The notes under the pieces were generated by a model. That model was not told where the DNA came from and did no database searches. It saw nothing but the letters and a program-made list of their open reading frames with translations. A stretch of DNA of 34,523 bases from a virus (taxonomy: Duplodnaviria; Caudoviricetes), in IMG/VR virus record IMGVR_UViG_3300017940_000127, positions 1-34,523 of that record; one strand, given 5' to 3'. Every line of letters starts with the position of its first letter. Positions within the stretch are counted from its first letter, which is position 1. Below are positions 15,459 through 24,424 of this stretch, piece after piece. The translations under genes were made by a program, and so were the position numbers.

Positions 15459-18008
15459 ATGGCGACAAATCCAGTAGCGATCGGATCGGCAGGAATGCCC
15501 CAGGATCAACTCAACATCGCCCATGGTCCGGACAATCCGCAGACGGAGACAGCAGAGCAGCAGGAGCAGCGTCTCCAATTCCCACCCGGCTACCAAGCGA
15601 AGATGATTGAGACGATCACCTCCTATCGCTCGGGTTGGGCTCCGGACAGACTTCTCCGCATCCCTGGCTGGATGCGCAACGTCTTGATGTTCCGCGGCAG
15701 CCAACTCATCGAGTACGACCCAGCTTCGAACACCTACGTGGATGTGCTCGCCTGGAACCGCCAGAACAACAAGGCCGAGGCGGAGGACACTTACCTCGAA
15801 AAGTACGGCAACAACATCACACAGATGCTTGAAGGCGGGTTCTCTTCAGTGATTGCCGGGGCCGTCCCATCGGTGATCGTAAAGCCGGAGAATGCTGAGA
15901 TCCTGGCCGACGTAACGACCGCGAAGGCATCTCAGGAAGCCATCTCGATCATCGAAAGGATGAACGAAACTCCGGACATGCTGCTGGAGGAGAGCAGCCT
16001 GCTCTATCTCTACGGCGTCTACTTCAAATACACGAGACCGGTTCTCGACGGAGATTGGGCTGGCTGGGACTTCGAAGACACGTTCGGAACCGTCACCGTG
16101 CAGAAGCCGGCCCGCTACCACTGCTTCAAATGCGGGACCGACACGCCCGCGCAGATGTTCCAGCAGGATCAGGCGAAGAGTTGTCCGAAGTGCGGGGCGC
16201 CGCTCGGCCCCGAGAGCTTTTTCCCGCCCGAGCAGAGTGACGAGGTATCTCGCACAGGCCAGCAGCGTGTCCCGCGCGCCATGGTCAAGTGGAGCGTCCA
16301 CGGGCCAATGGAGATCGATCTTGACCCGATGGCGAAGTCGATCGACCAGACCCCCACCCTGAGCTTCGACCAGGAAATCGACATCGGCGCTTTGCGTCTG
16401 ACGTTCCCGAAAATCTTTGAGCAAATCACGCAGGGCGCCGAGATCGGGACCACACCGAATGCGTCCTATGAGAAGTTGCGGCGCAACGAAATCTATTCGA
16501 TGGGGTGGGGATACACCTCGGACTCGCAGAACCAAAAGCCCACCTTCTCGCAAAACTGGATGCAGCCCTCTTCCTATGGCCGCATTGGGGACAAGGATTT
16601 CGCGGCGTGGATGAATCAGAACTTCCCCGATGGTGCCAAGATCACGCTGATTGGCGAACTGGTTGCCGACGTGCGGAAAGCCAATCTGCCGAAAGAGTGG
16701 ACGGCATGTCTACTGCACAAGAATGTGGGCATGTACCCGCCGTCGATCGCTGACAACGTGGTTCCCTTCAACATTCGGCTGAACGACGCCATGGACATGA
16801 TCGACGATTGGATCGAGCGGTGCGCGGCCGGGATGACGATCTACGATTCGAACAAGATCGACCGGCGGGAGATGGCGGGCCGCGTGATGTCTCCGGGCGT
16901 GCTGAACGGAATCCAGACCAAAGGCTCTGGCATCGATAAACCGCTTACCGATTCGCTCATGCAGTTCAAGTTCGCACTCGATCCGCAGGTGTTTACCTAT
17001 CCCAACATGCTCATCACGATGTGCGAGTTGATCTCCGGCGTGACACCGCAGACCTTCGGTGGTGGCGGGCAGGAGGGAATCGAGACCAAAGGCGGCCAGG
17101 AGCAGGCCCTCAACACCGCCCTGGGTAAACTCAACATCTTCTGGAAGAAGGTAAAGCGGGAACACGCGCGCGCGGCGCAGAACGCATTGGAATCTCTCCA
17201 GAAGCTGATGAAGGCCGGCGCGGTTGGCGAGTTGTTCGACGTGATCCAGGCCAATGGCTCTGAGTTCCGGAACAACTACGTCAACTGGGAAAAGATGCAG
17301 GGCCACATCAAGGTTTACGAGGATACGGACCAGGGGCTGCCGCAGACCCCTGAGCAGATCCGCGAGACCACGATGAACATCGTCAAGATGGCGAGCGAAA
17401 AGAACCCGATCGCCATGGAGATAATGGACTGCGTTCCCAACCAGGAATCGGCGATCGCCATTCTCGGAACCCCGGACATGGTTCTGCCGCAGGCCGCGCA
17501 GCGGGCACGCACGCTCCAGGCGATCAACACGCTGATGGAGAACGACTACATCGCCGTGCAGGACCCACAGACGGGCCAGCAGGTGAATCAGTTGCCGGTG
17601 ATGCCAGAGAAGAACGTCGAGGACTTCCCGGTTCTCAGGGACACGATGCGGCTGTTCTGGCAGGAGAACGGAGACTACAAGAAGTCGAACCCGGGCGGCT
17701 GGCAGAGGACGCAGGAGTATTACGAGGCGGCGCTGAATCTCGAGGCGGAGACCGCGGCAGAAGAGGCCCAGAGACAATCCAAGGTAAAGATGGCGGGGAT
17801 GCCGCCGCCACCGGCGCCAGACCCAAAGGAGCAGCAGGTTCTGCAGTTGCTCACCCAGGACGGCGCGCAGGCCGTCCAGCGGCTTCAGGAACTCTCAGAA
17901 ATGCCACCGCAACCGCCGGGCGTAAACATCACGCCCCAAGTGAGTGCCGCAAACGACATCGCAAAAGCAGCCCTTGACGCGCAAAAGGCCGCCAAGGCGG
18001 GGAAATAG
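15459..18008 (+). CDS. Portal protein (P22-like, long) with Zn-ribbon insertion
   Basis: 849 aa; position before scaffold and capsid; 'ELISGV...GG..ETKGG..ALNTA' and a Q/P-rich helical C-terminus; CFKC-x15-CPKC. Confidence 0.8.
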   Translation: MATNPVAIGSAGMPQDQLNIAHGPDNPQTETAEQQEQRLQFPPGYQAKMIETITSYRSGWAPDRLLRIPGWMRNVLMFRGSQLIEYDPASNTYVDVLAWNRQNNKAEAEDTYLEKYGNNITQMLEGGFSSVIAGAVPSVIVKPENAEILADVTTAKASQEAISIIERMNETPDMLLEESSLLYLYGVYFKYTRPVLDGDWAGWDFEDTFGTVTVQKPARYHCFKCGTDTPAQMFQQDQAKSCPKCGAPLGPESFFPPEQSDEVSRTGQQRVPRAMVKWSVHGPMEIDLDPMAKSIDQTPTLSFDQEIDIGALRLTFPKIFEQITQGAEIGTTPNASYEKLRRNEIYSMGWGYTSDSQNQKPTFSQNWMQPSSYGRIGDKDFAAWMNQNFPDGAKITLIGELVADVRKANLPKEWTACLLHKNVGMYPPSIADNVVPFNIRLNDAMDMIDDWIERCAAGMTIYDSNKIDRREMAGRVMSPGVLNGIQTKGSGIDKPLTDSLMQFKFALDPQVFTYPNMLITMCELISGVTPQTFGGGGQEGIETKGGQEQALNTALGKLNIFWKKVKREHARAAQNALESLQKLMKAGAVGELFDVIQANGSEFRNNYVNWEKMQGHIKVYEDTDQGLPQTPEQIRETTMNIVKMASEKNPIAMEIMDCVPNQESAIAILGTPDMVLPQAAQRARTLQAINTLMENDYIAVQDPQTGQQVNQLPVMPEKNVEDFPVLRDTMRLFWQENGDYKKSNPGGWQRTQEYYEAALNLEAETAAEEAQRQSKVKMAGMPPPPAPDPKEQQVLQLLTQDGAQAVQRLQELSEMPPQPPGVNITPQVSAANDIAKAALDAQKAAKAGK

Positions 18009-18017
18009 GAGGATTCA

Positions 18018-18425
18018 ATGTCCCACCGTTTCAATGACATCGTAACTCTGGTGCGCGGGAACGTCGAAACGCCCGCGCTGGTTGTCCAGTCCGTACAGCA
18101 GCCGAACGGCGAGCATCTGACGGTTGTCAGCTTGGACCCCGCCAAGGCGAGCCCGCTCCTGAGCGGATCAAACGTGGACGCGGCAATCCGGCGCGACTTC
18201 GTTACCCCGCTGACCGGCGGGAAGACGTTCGGGTGGAAGGAGCGGCCCGTGCCTCCGAAGGGATTCGGGCAGGCAATCGCTGAGGCCATCGCGGCACAAC
18301 GACCATCTGCCGCCGAACTGATGGATGAGGTCCAGGGGCCCGTCGAGGGTGGCGATCCAGAATCGCCGCACGCGCTCGTCCAGCCAGCGGCGTCCAGCGA
18401 AGTTCCGACTGAGCCGGAGTCGTAA
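18018..18425 (+). CDS. Hypothetical protein
   Basis: SD AGGAGG; between portal and scaffold. Confidence 0.7.
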   Translation: MSHRFNDIVTLVRGNVETPALVVQSVQQPNGEHLTVVSLDPAKASPLLSGSNVDAAIRRDFVTPLTGGKTFGWKERPVPPKGFGQAIAEAIAAQRPSAAELMDEVQGPVEGGDPESPHALVQPAASSEVPTEPES

Positions 18426-18451
18426 TCAATCCATCACGGTTCACCGATAGC

Positions 18452-18480
18452 AGGGTCGCTTTCGAGCGGCCCTTTCGTTT
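18452..18480 (+). terminator. Intrinsic terminator-like hairpin
   Basis: agggtcgct-TTCG-agcggccct followed by ttcgttt. Confidence 0.65.
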
Positions 18481-18504
18481 GCCCGAAACACCAAGGAGAA
18501 GAGC

Positions 18505-20169
18505 ATGGCCACGAGTACCGTAGCACCCGCAGCACCGACCCCAGCGCCGACAGCGACAGCACCCTCGTCGTCACCCGGCGCGACGACGACCCCAGCCTCG
18601 CCGCAACCCGCAGCGCCAGCGCAACCTTCTTCGCCGGCGCAGCCAGAAGTACCCGCACAGCCCGCAGCGGCCCCAGAAGGCCAGCCAGCCACCCCAGCGC
18701 AGCCTTCCGCCCCAGCCGAGGGCGCAGAACCACAGCAAGCTGACTTTCCGGGCGACGTCGTAGGCTTCCTCGAAGCGCACAACGCCTGGGAACGTAAACG
18801 CGACGGTCTGGATCAACCAGCAGCCGACCAGGCTTCACAGGCGCAGCCGGCCGAAGGTGAGCAGCCGAAGCCGGAGGACCAGCAGCCCAAGATTCCCGAG
18901 CCAGAGCAGTCTCTGACGCCCGAGTCCTTGAACGCCTTGGCCGAGAAGAGCCCCGAGCTAAAGGCGGCGCTCGAAGCATCGCCCGAAGTGAAAAACGCGC
19001 TCTTTGCCATGGCGCGCAAGAACGCCCAACTGGCTCCCATCGGAGAACTCTTCCCGAATCTCGAGGCAGCGAAGTTCGCCGCCGAGACCTCGAACACAAT
19101 GGTGAACCTCCGGACGCAGTTCATGGAGGCGATCGACAGTCCCGAGTCGTTTCCAGCCGCCTTTGAGCAGTTCGCAGACGAGTTCGCCATCAAGGACAAA
19201 GACGGAAAGCCGGTCCTTGACGCCGCCGGCAACCCGACCTACGGCGAAGATTTCCAGATGCTCAACGACTTCATCGTGGACACCTACCACGGGATCGAGA
19301 TTGCAGACCTCGAAGCCGCGCAGCAGGCCGGCAAGTTCGCCGCAGGCGACGGCAGCGCCGATGACATGGCGCTCCAGGCGCTCAAGTACCTCAAGGATTG
19401 GAAGGCTGGCAACGCCGAGGGCCAGAAACTCGATCTGACCGGGCTACCCCAAGACCAGATGGCAATCCTCGAAGCCAGGGAGCGCGCCGTCAAGGAGCGT
19501 GAGGAAGCTCTGGAGGGTAAGGGCAAGCAGCAGAACGCCGAGCAGCGCAAGCAGGAGCGCGCGAACTACGAGCTCTCCGTCCAGAAGAAGGTGGGAGGAT
19601 CGGTCGGCAGCCGCCTCAAGGCCATGATCGATGAGCACGAGAAGGCGGCCGTCTTCATCCCGAGCTACGTTCTCGACGCCAAAGACCCCGAGACGGGGAT
19701 CTCGGTCTTCGCCAAGACCTTGCTCGACACGTTCGAGGAGAAGACCTACGGGCGCGTCGACCGAAAGACCGGAAAGGTCATCGGCGGGGTGGCGTACATC
19801 CGCGACCAGGCAAAGATGCTGGCGCGGCGCCCGCCGTCTCCCGAAGCCGAGCAGGCCCGCGTCGACTTTGCCAACCGGCTGATCGACGAGCATCTGCCGG
19901 CGATCTTCGATGCGCAGTTGCGCGAAATTCAGAAGAAGGACATTGCCGATCGCAGCAAGCGGCAGGGGAGCGTGCAGGCCCGGGAACAGATGGCCGAGCG
20001 CGAACCGAAAGCTGGCGGCGGTGCGGCAGCGGCCAAACCAACGACTCCGCAAGAAGCGATGGCCGAGGCTTACAAGTGGGTCGATCAGAACTTTCCGGAC
20101 CTCAGCCCCGCTGAGCGGACGGAGAAAGCGATCATCAAGAAAAACGAGTTATCGGGAAACCGCTACTGA
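18505..20169 (+). CDS. Capsid scaffolding-like protein
   Basis: P/A/Q low-complexity N-terminus, acidic coiled coil, directly upstream of the capsid gene; SD AAGGAG. Confidence 0.7.
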   Translation: MATSTVAPAAPTPAPTATAPSSSPGATTTPASPQPAAPAQPSSPAQPEVPAQPAAAPEGQPATPAQPSAPAEGAEPQQADFPGDVVGFLEAHNAWERKRDGLDQPAADQASQAQPAEGEQPKPEDQQPKIPEPEQSLTPESLNALAEKSPELKAALEASPEVKNALFAMARKNAQLAPIGELFPNLEAAKFAAETSNTMVNLRTQFMEAIDSPESFPAAFEQFADEFAIKDKDGKPVLDAAGNPTYGEDFQMLNDFIVDTYHGIEIADLEAAQQAGKFAAGDGSADDMALQALKYLKDWKAGNAEGQKLDLTGLPQDQMAILEARERAVKEREEALEGKGKQQNAEQRKQERANYELSVQKKVGGSVGSRLKAMIDEHEKAAVFIPSYVLDAKDPETGISVFAKTLLDTFEEKTYGRVDRKTGKVIGGVAYIRDQAKMLARRPPSPEAEQARVDFANRLIDEHLPAIFDAQLREIQKKDIADRSKRQGSVQAREQMAEREPKAGGGAAAAKPTTPQEAMAEAYKWVDQNFPDLSPAERTEKAIIKKNELSGNRY

Positions 20170-20346
20170 CGCAAGCTCACCGGAGTATTCGCCCAACCCG
20201 GGGGCGTAGAGCAGAATAGCGCGAAAGTTTGGTTCCCACAGAACACGCAAACCGTTCCCGGCAATGGTCGGAAGCGCCACGCCAAGCAGTGCCCCACAGC
20301 CCCATAGCCGCAGGATCAGTACGGGTGCGGCGAGAAGAGGCACAGA
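20170..20346 (+). promoter_or_regulatory. Structured 5' leader of the major capsid gene
   Basis: 177-nt gap with several nested stems; the last (gtgcc 20289-93/ggcac 20339-43) abuts the RBS. Confidence 0.45.
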
Positions 20347-21633
20347 ATGGCAGCGCCCAATCTCGGAGCAGCGTCCCAGCAGACTGCCTGGATGCTCCAA
20401 AAAGTCAACGCCGATGTCCAGATCTCGGAGAACCTGGACATGGCCGGCGATTCGTTGTTCTCCCAAGCTCCAACCGAGGAGATCGGCCTCCAGCAGTACC
20501 GTCACCCGATCGAGATCGAAGTCGGCGGCATCGCCGGCTACTACCAGCCTGACGGCGGCTCCTACTTCCAGGGCCAGGCCAACCAGGTTGACCAGATGAT
20601 CGTGGCTCCGTTGCCGATCATGGTAGCGATCTCCGCAACCGAACTCGCCCGCCGAATCGCCAAGGGCGGACGCGACATCACGGTCGACAACTGGATTGCG
20701 CGCATGATCTCCAAGGTCAAGGACAAGACTGCGCACACCCGGAACGCCTACCTGCAGGGCTACAACAACGGCCTGCTCGCAACCATCACCGCGGTCAACG
20801 GCACCGTGCTGTCGCTGCTGACGCCTCCGTTCGGCGGCCGTCTGCTCGATAGGAACGGCTACTACCAGGTGACCGACGCCAACTTCAACGTGGCTGGGAA
20901 CATCAACGTTCTCGACCTCGAGAAGAACGGCGTGGGAACCACCGACACCTGCACGGTCGATGCAGTACCGGGCGGAACGGGGAACGGCTACCAGATCATC
21001 CCCATTGGCCTGGCGACCGGCAATCCCATCGGCATCAACGGGCTGGACTACATCATCAGCGGATCGACCGCACTCGAATACTGCGGCATCTCGCGGGCGA
21101 ACTCCTACGTCCAGTCTCCTACCTACAACGCGAACGGCGCCTACCTCACGCTGGGCATGGTGTCTGCGTTCATGACGCGGATGCAGCAGGCCCTCGGGAC
21201 GGCGCGGTTCAAGCAGCGCAAGCGGAACGTGTGGTATGCCCACCCGGCCCAGAAGGTCTCCGCCGACATCCTCGGCTTCTCGAAGACCCTCTTCATGGCT
21301 GGCGGAGGCAAAACACCTGACAGCTACGACGTGGCTGTAAACCCGTTTGCGACCTGGATGGTTGCCGGCATCGAGGTTGTGGAAGACTCGATGTGCGCAA
21401 CCGACAAGATGCGCTGGATTGACAAGGGCTGCATGAAGCGGGTCCGGTATCCCGGCTCGATGGCATTCATCCCCGGCATGGTCGAGGGCATCTTCTGGCC
21501 GCGGCAGGCCGGCGGGCTGTGGGTTGCAGAATCGGACGCGATGTATCAGGACTCGCTGAATTACTACTCGTCGCTTCCATGGGCGTCTGGCGCCATAACC
21601 TCGCTCGGCGTACAACCCTTGCTTTCAAATTGA
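20347..21633 (+). CDS. Major capsid protein
   Basis: 428 aa after the scaffold; strongly biased codon use; 'GINGLDYI...YCGISRAN' pattern seen in HK97-fold podovirus coats. Confidence 0.8.
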   Translation: MAAPNLGAASQQTAWMLQKVNADVQISENLDMAGDSLFSQAPTEEIGLQQYRHPIEIEVGGIAGYYQPDGGSYFQGQANQVDQMIVAPLPIMVAISATELARRIAKGGRDITVDNWIARMISKVKDKTAHTRNAYLQGYNNGLLATITAVNGTVLSLLTPPFGGRLLDRNGYYQVTDANFNVAGNINVLDLEKNGVGTTDTCTVDAVPGGTGNGYQIIPIGLATGNPIGINGLDYIISGSTALEYCGISRANSYVQSPTYNANGAYLTLGMVSAFMTRMQQALGTARFKQRKRNVWYAHPAQKVSADILGFSKTLFMAGGGKTPDSYDVAVNPFATWMVAGIEVVEDSMCATDKMRWIDKGCMKRVRYPGSMAFIPGMVEGIFWPRQAGGLWVAESDAMYQDSLNYYSSLPWASGAITSLGVQPLLSN

Positions 21634-21644
21634 GCCATTTGTTT

Positions 21645-22514
21645 TCAATGGCTTGCAGTTAGTGTTGGGGGTTCGGTTGAACCCCCAATACCTTTCCATG
21701 TTCTACCGATGTGGGCGTTGTAGACAGCCATCGCAGTGGCACCTAAAAGCGTGGCTATCTTCGCGTAGGAAAGACCTTTTGATCGCAGTTCGGGAATGCG
21801 TTGCACGGCATCCACGGTGAGCTTCGTGGTGCGTCTGCGGCGCTGATTCACAATCGGTGGCACAGCTTCAAGATGCTTTGGGTTCACGCAGGAGGTAACA
21901 AAGCACAGATGATCGACATCGTAACCTTCTGGGATCGGACCATTGTACTTCTCGTAGTAGGCGCGGTGTGCGCGAACCTGTTTTCGGTTTACGCTCGCGC
22001 CACCATAGCCATCCTTGTCGAGATTCTTTTGCCAGATCCAGCACGGCGTTTTGTAGCCGCGATCCTCAACGACGTAATCCAGGGTTCGGCCATGATGGTT
22101 GTGAAGAAAATTCTCGGGCTGGCCGGCTGCGTATCCGCGTTCCTTGCGGGTCACCTTCGAAATGAGTGTTGGTTTTCCACAGCCACACATGCACAACCCG
22201 GATTCATTTTCCGGCACAACCATGCGTGCGTAAGAACTGCCATGGCCGACGCAGTAGCGACGATGCTCGCCAAGCACGTTCCCGGTCTGATGGGAGGTGT
22301 AGATGGCGAGCGGCGTCTTGCGACCGCATCCGCACATGCAGAGTCCATCTGGGTTGGGTGGCAGCGTAGAGCCGACAGCTTTGGTCGCGCGCCCGTGGCC
22401 GCACAGAAACTTGTACGGCTGCCCTTTGACGAAGCCCCAACGCGGGACCGTGTTCTTTGCGATGTTGGTTTTCTTGCCGCAGCCACAATGGCAAAAGCCG
22501 AACGGAACTTCCAT
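21645..22514 (-). CDS. Free-standing HNH homing endonuclease with three CxCGCG repeats and a C-terminal HTH
   Basis: CWIW..GYG..AHR..GPIP.G..VDHLC...CVNPKHLE; KLT...GLSYAKIATLLG...GRTWK; SD GGGAGG. Confidence 0.9.
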   Translation of the reverse strand: MEVPFGFCHCGCGKKTNIAKNTVPRWGFVKGQPYKFLCGHGRATKAVGSTLPPNPDGLCMCGCGRKTPLAIYTSHQTGNVLGEHRRYCVGHGSSYARMVVPENESGLCMCGCGKPTLISKVTRKERGYAAGQPENFLHNHHGRTLDYVVEDRGYKTPCWIWQKNLDKDGYGGASVNRKQVRAHRAYYEKYNGPIPEGYDVDHLCFVTSCVNPKHLEAVPPIVNQRRRRTTKLTVDAVQRIPELRSKGLSYAKIATLLGATAMAVYNAHIGRTWKGIGGSTEPPTLTASH

Positions 22515-22522
22515 GGTTTCCT

Positions 22523-22563
22523 CCCCAAGCGGACGGGCTGCAAGGCTTGGGGCGATGCAGCCC
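22523..22563 (-). promoter_or_regulatory. H-type pseudoknot candidate overlapping the HNH RBS
   Basis: Two perfect interleaved 8-bp stems: 22523-30/22545-52 and 22535-42/22556-63. Confidence 0.6.
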
Positions 22564-22623
22564 TAACATCTGTTTCGAAAGCAGATGCCCTGCCGGCGTG
22601 AGCCGACGTAACCAGTATACACC

Positions 22624-22652
22624 GGGTCGGCTTCGGTCGGCCCGCTCCATTT
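22624..22652 (+). terminator. cUUCGg hairpin, possible post-capsid terminator
   Basis: gggtcggc-TTCG-gtcggccc; only a weak, displaced T-tract. Confidence 0.5.
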
Positions 22653-22663
22653 TGAAGGACCGC

Positions 22664-23362
22664 ATGAGCATCACCAACCCGTCTACCGACGCACCGAAAT
22701 CCGTACAGGACGCCATCGCCAGCCACGGGGGAAAGGTGCCCGGCCAGGACCGCCCGATGTGGCGGCTTGTCCTCGCACAGAACTGCTTGATCGTGGCGAA
22801 CGGCATCATGCACGAGCTTGAAACCGGCGATGTGGCCTGTTTCGCCACGGGCCCGGACGGCAAGCGGTACTACCAGAAGCCGAACGACCGGGTGACAGCA
22901 GGCCGCGTGAAGATCCCGAAATACCCGTGCGAAGGGTGGGTGCTCGAGCGCTGGTTCCCGCCGACGACATGGGGAAGCCCGGAAGAGTGGCGCAGCCACA
23001 AGTCGGAAGACGGCTCGACCATCATGGGCGAGTACCCGAGCCGAGGCGATTACTGGATGCTGGCCGGCCCGTTCGAACGAATTCCCGAGCTGGCCGATCT
23101 TCGCCAGGCGATCGACATGCACCGGCAGGCGATGGCGAACCAGCCAACCAACTACGCGCGCGTCCTGAAGCAGACGATTCTCGACGAGGAGGCGAAGCGC
23201 GAGGCGCGGAGAGAAAAACTCGAAGCTGATCTCGCGTACATGCGCAAGACCGAACTTGTCCCTGTGCTCAAAAGCACGTCACTTGCAGCGCAGCGTTTCC
23301 GCAACCAGCTCAGCGAATCCATCGGCGATCGGAGTCATCTGGGAGCCGTGCACGACGCATAA
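22664..23362 (+). CDS. Hypothetical phage protein (232 aa)
   Basis: GAAGGA SD before ATG 22664; Trp-rich 'WVLERW.P...WGSPEEW...GEYP.RGDY' region. Confidence 0.75.
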   Translation: MSITNPSTDAPKSVQDAIASHGGKVPGQDRPMWRLVLAQNCLIVANGIMHELETGDVACFATGPDGKRYYQKPNDRVTAGRVKIPKYPCEGWVLERWFPPTTWGSPEEWRSHKSEDGSTIMGEYPSRGDYWMLAGPFERIPELADLRQAIDMHRQAMANQPTNYARVLKQTILDEEAKREARREKLEADLAYMRKTELVPVLKSTSLAAQRFRNQLSESIGDRSHLGAVHDA

Positions 23363-23401
23363 CCCGCACCGAAATCCCGCAACACCAGGAGAAAAGGAAT
23401 C

Positions 23402-24412
23402 ATGGGAACACCAGCATTTACACCCGTAAACCCGATGGCAAACCCCGATCTAAACGGCTGGCTCAGCCGCCGGATCGATGGCAAGTCGATGCGTGCGCTC
23501 AAAGTTGAGCGTGAAGCGCTGCTCTTGTCTCTGAAGGCAACCGGGCTCGCCCAGCCGGCCACAATCCTCAACTTCAACCCCGTACCGCTCTCGCTCGACG
23601 GCGGGATCGGATTCAAGGTACCGTCAATTGTCGATGAGGCCGTGCAGGAAAATAGCCGCTTCCACTGGAAGCACGAAGGGCGAACCTACCGGGCCAGCGT
23701 CCTCACGATCAAGGAGCCGCGCGTCTTCCCGCAGATCAAGGATGTAAAGGTCGAGGAAGGTGTCGAGGCCGGCGTCTACGACATGAAGGCGTGCAAGCAG
23801 ATCGAGATTGCCAGTTGCTTCCTCGTGGCTTACACGCAGGGAACGCCGTCGAGTTCCGGCATGGGCGGAGTCGTCGCCTTCGAGGGTGACCGTCGCGTGC
23901 TCGACCGCACCGAGGATCGGAAGAAACGGCTCACGATCCGCGTTCCAGCCTTCGTCCGCCTGCCCAACAGGACCCGCGAGTACATCACCGAGGACGCAGA
24001 CTTTGAAGAGACTGTGGCCGCAGCGCTCGCGATGCAACGCCGGTACTGCAACAGCCAGACTCAGCAGGCGCAGAACTACTGGGACCAGGGCGATGAGGAG
24101 CGGAAGAACATCACCGTGGTGCACAGGGTCTGGCATCAGTTTGAAATGGACATGGGCTGGCGGCAGACCGTGGCGCCGTGGGTCACGCTCCAGAATGAGG
24201 CGCAGGAACTGTGCGCCGGCTGCGGAGAGCCCAAGAAGCGCGTCGACGCATTCTTCTGCCACAAGTGTCAGCGCGTGTACAACCCACTCGCTGCCTACAT
24301 GGCCAGGGAAATCCAGGTCACGCACCCAGCGATGGACCGCATCGAGGATGCCGACTGGCCGAAGGTCAGGAAAGAAGAGGAGCGCCGGAAGGCACTTCGC
24401 ACAGGGCTGTAA
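23402..24412 (+). CDS. Hypothetical protein with C-terminal Zn ribbon
   Basis: CAGC-x11-CHKC; SD AAGGA. Confidence 0.75.
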   Translation: MGTPAFTPVNPMANPDLNGWLSRRIDGKSMRALKVEREALLLSLKATGLAQPATILNFNPVPLSLDGGIGFKVPSIVDEAVQENSRFHWKHEGRTYRASVLTIKEPRVFPQIKDVKVEEGVEAGVYDMKACKQIEIASCFLVAYTQGTPSSSGMGGVVAFEGDRRVLDRTEDRKKRLTIRVPAFVRLPNRTREYITEDADFEETVAAALAMQRRYCNSQTQQAQNYWDQGDEERKNITVVHRVWHQFEMDMGWRQTVAPWVTLQNEAQELCAGCGEPKKRVDAFFCHKCQRVYNPLAAYMAREIQVTHPAMDRIEDADWPKVRKEEERRKALRTGL

Positions 24413-24424
24413 TCGGAGGTTGCC

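Noticed and set aside
22523-22563. HDV-like/theta ribozyme
   Set aside because: Only two stems; no room for P3/L3, P1.1 or the catalytic J4/2 strand
21634-22663. Group I intron or intein housing the HNH gene
   Set aside because: The capsid gene ends normally, the HNH is antisense and intergenic, and no intron core elements were recognised
22457-22663. Track start for the 301-aa ORF
   Set aside because: Overlaps the HNH start and structured leader; ATG 22664 has a good SD
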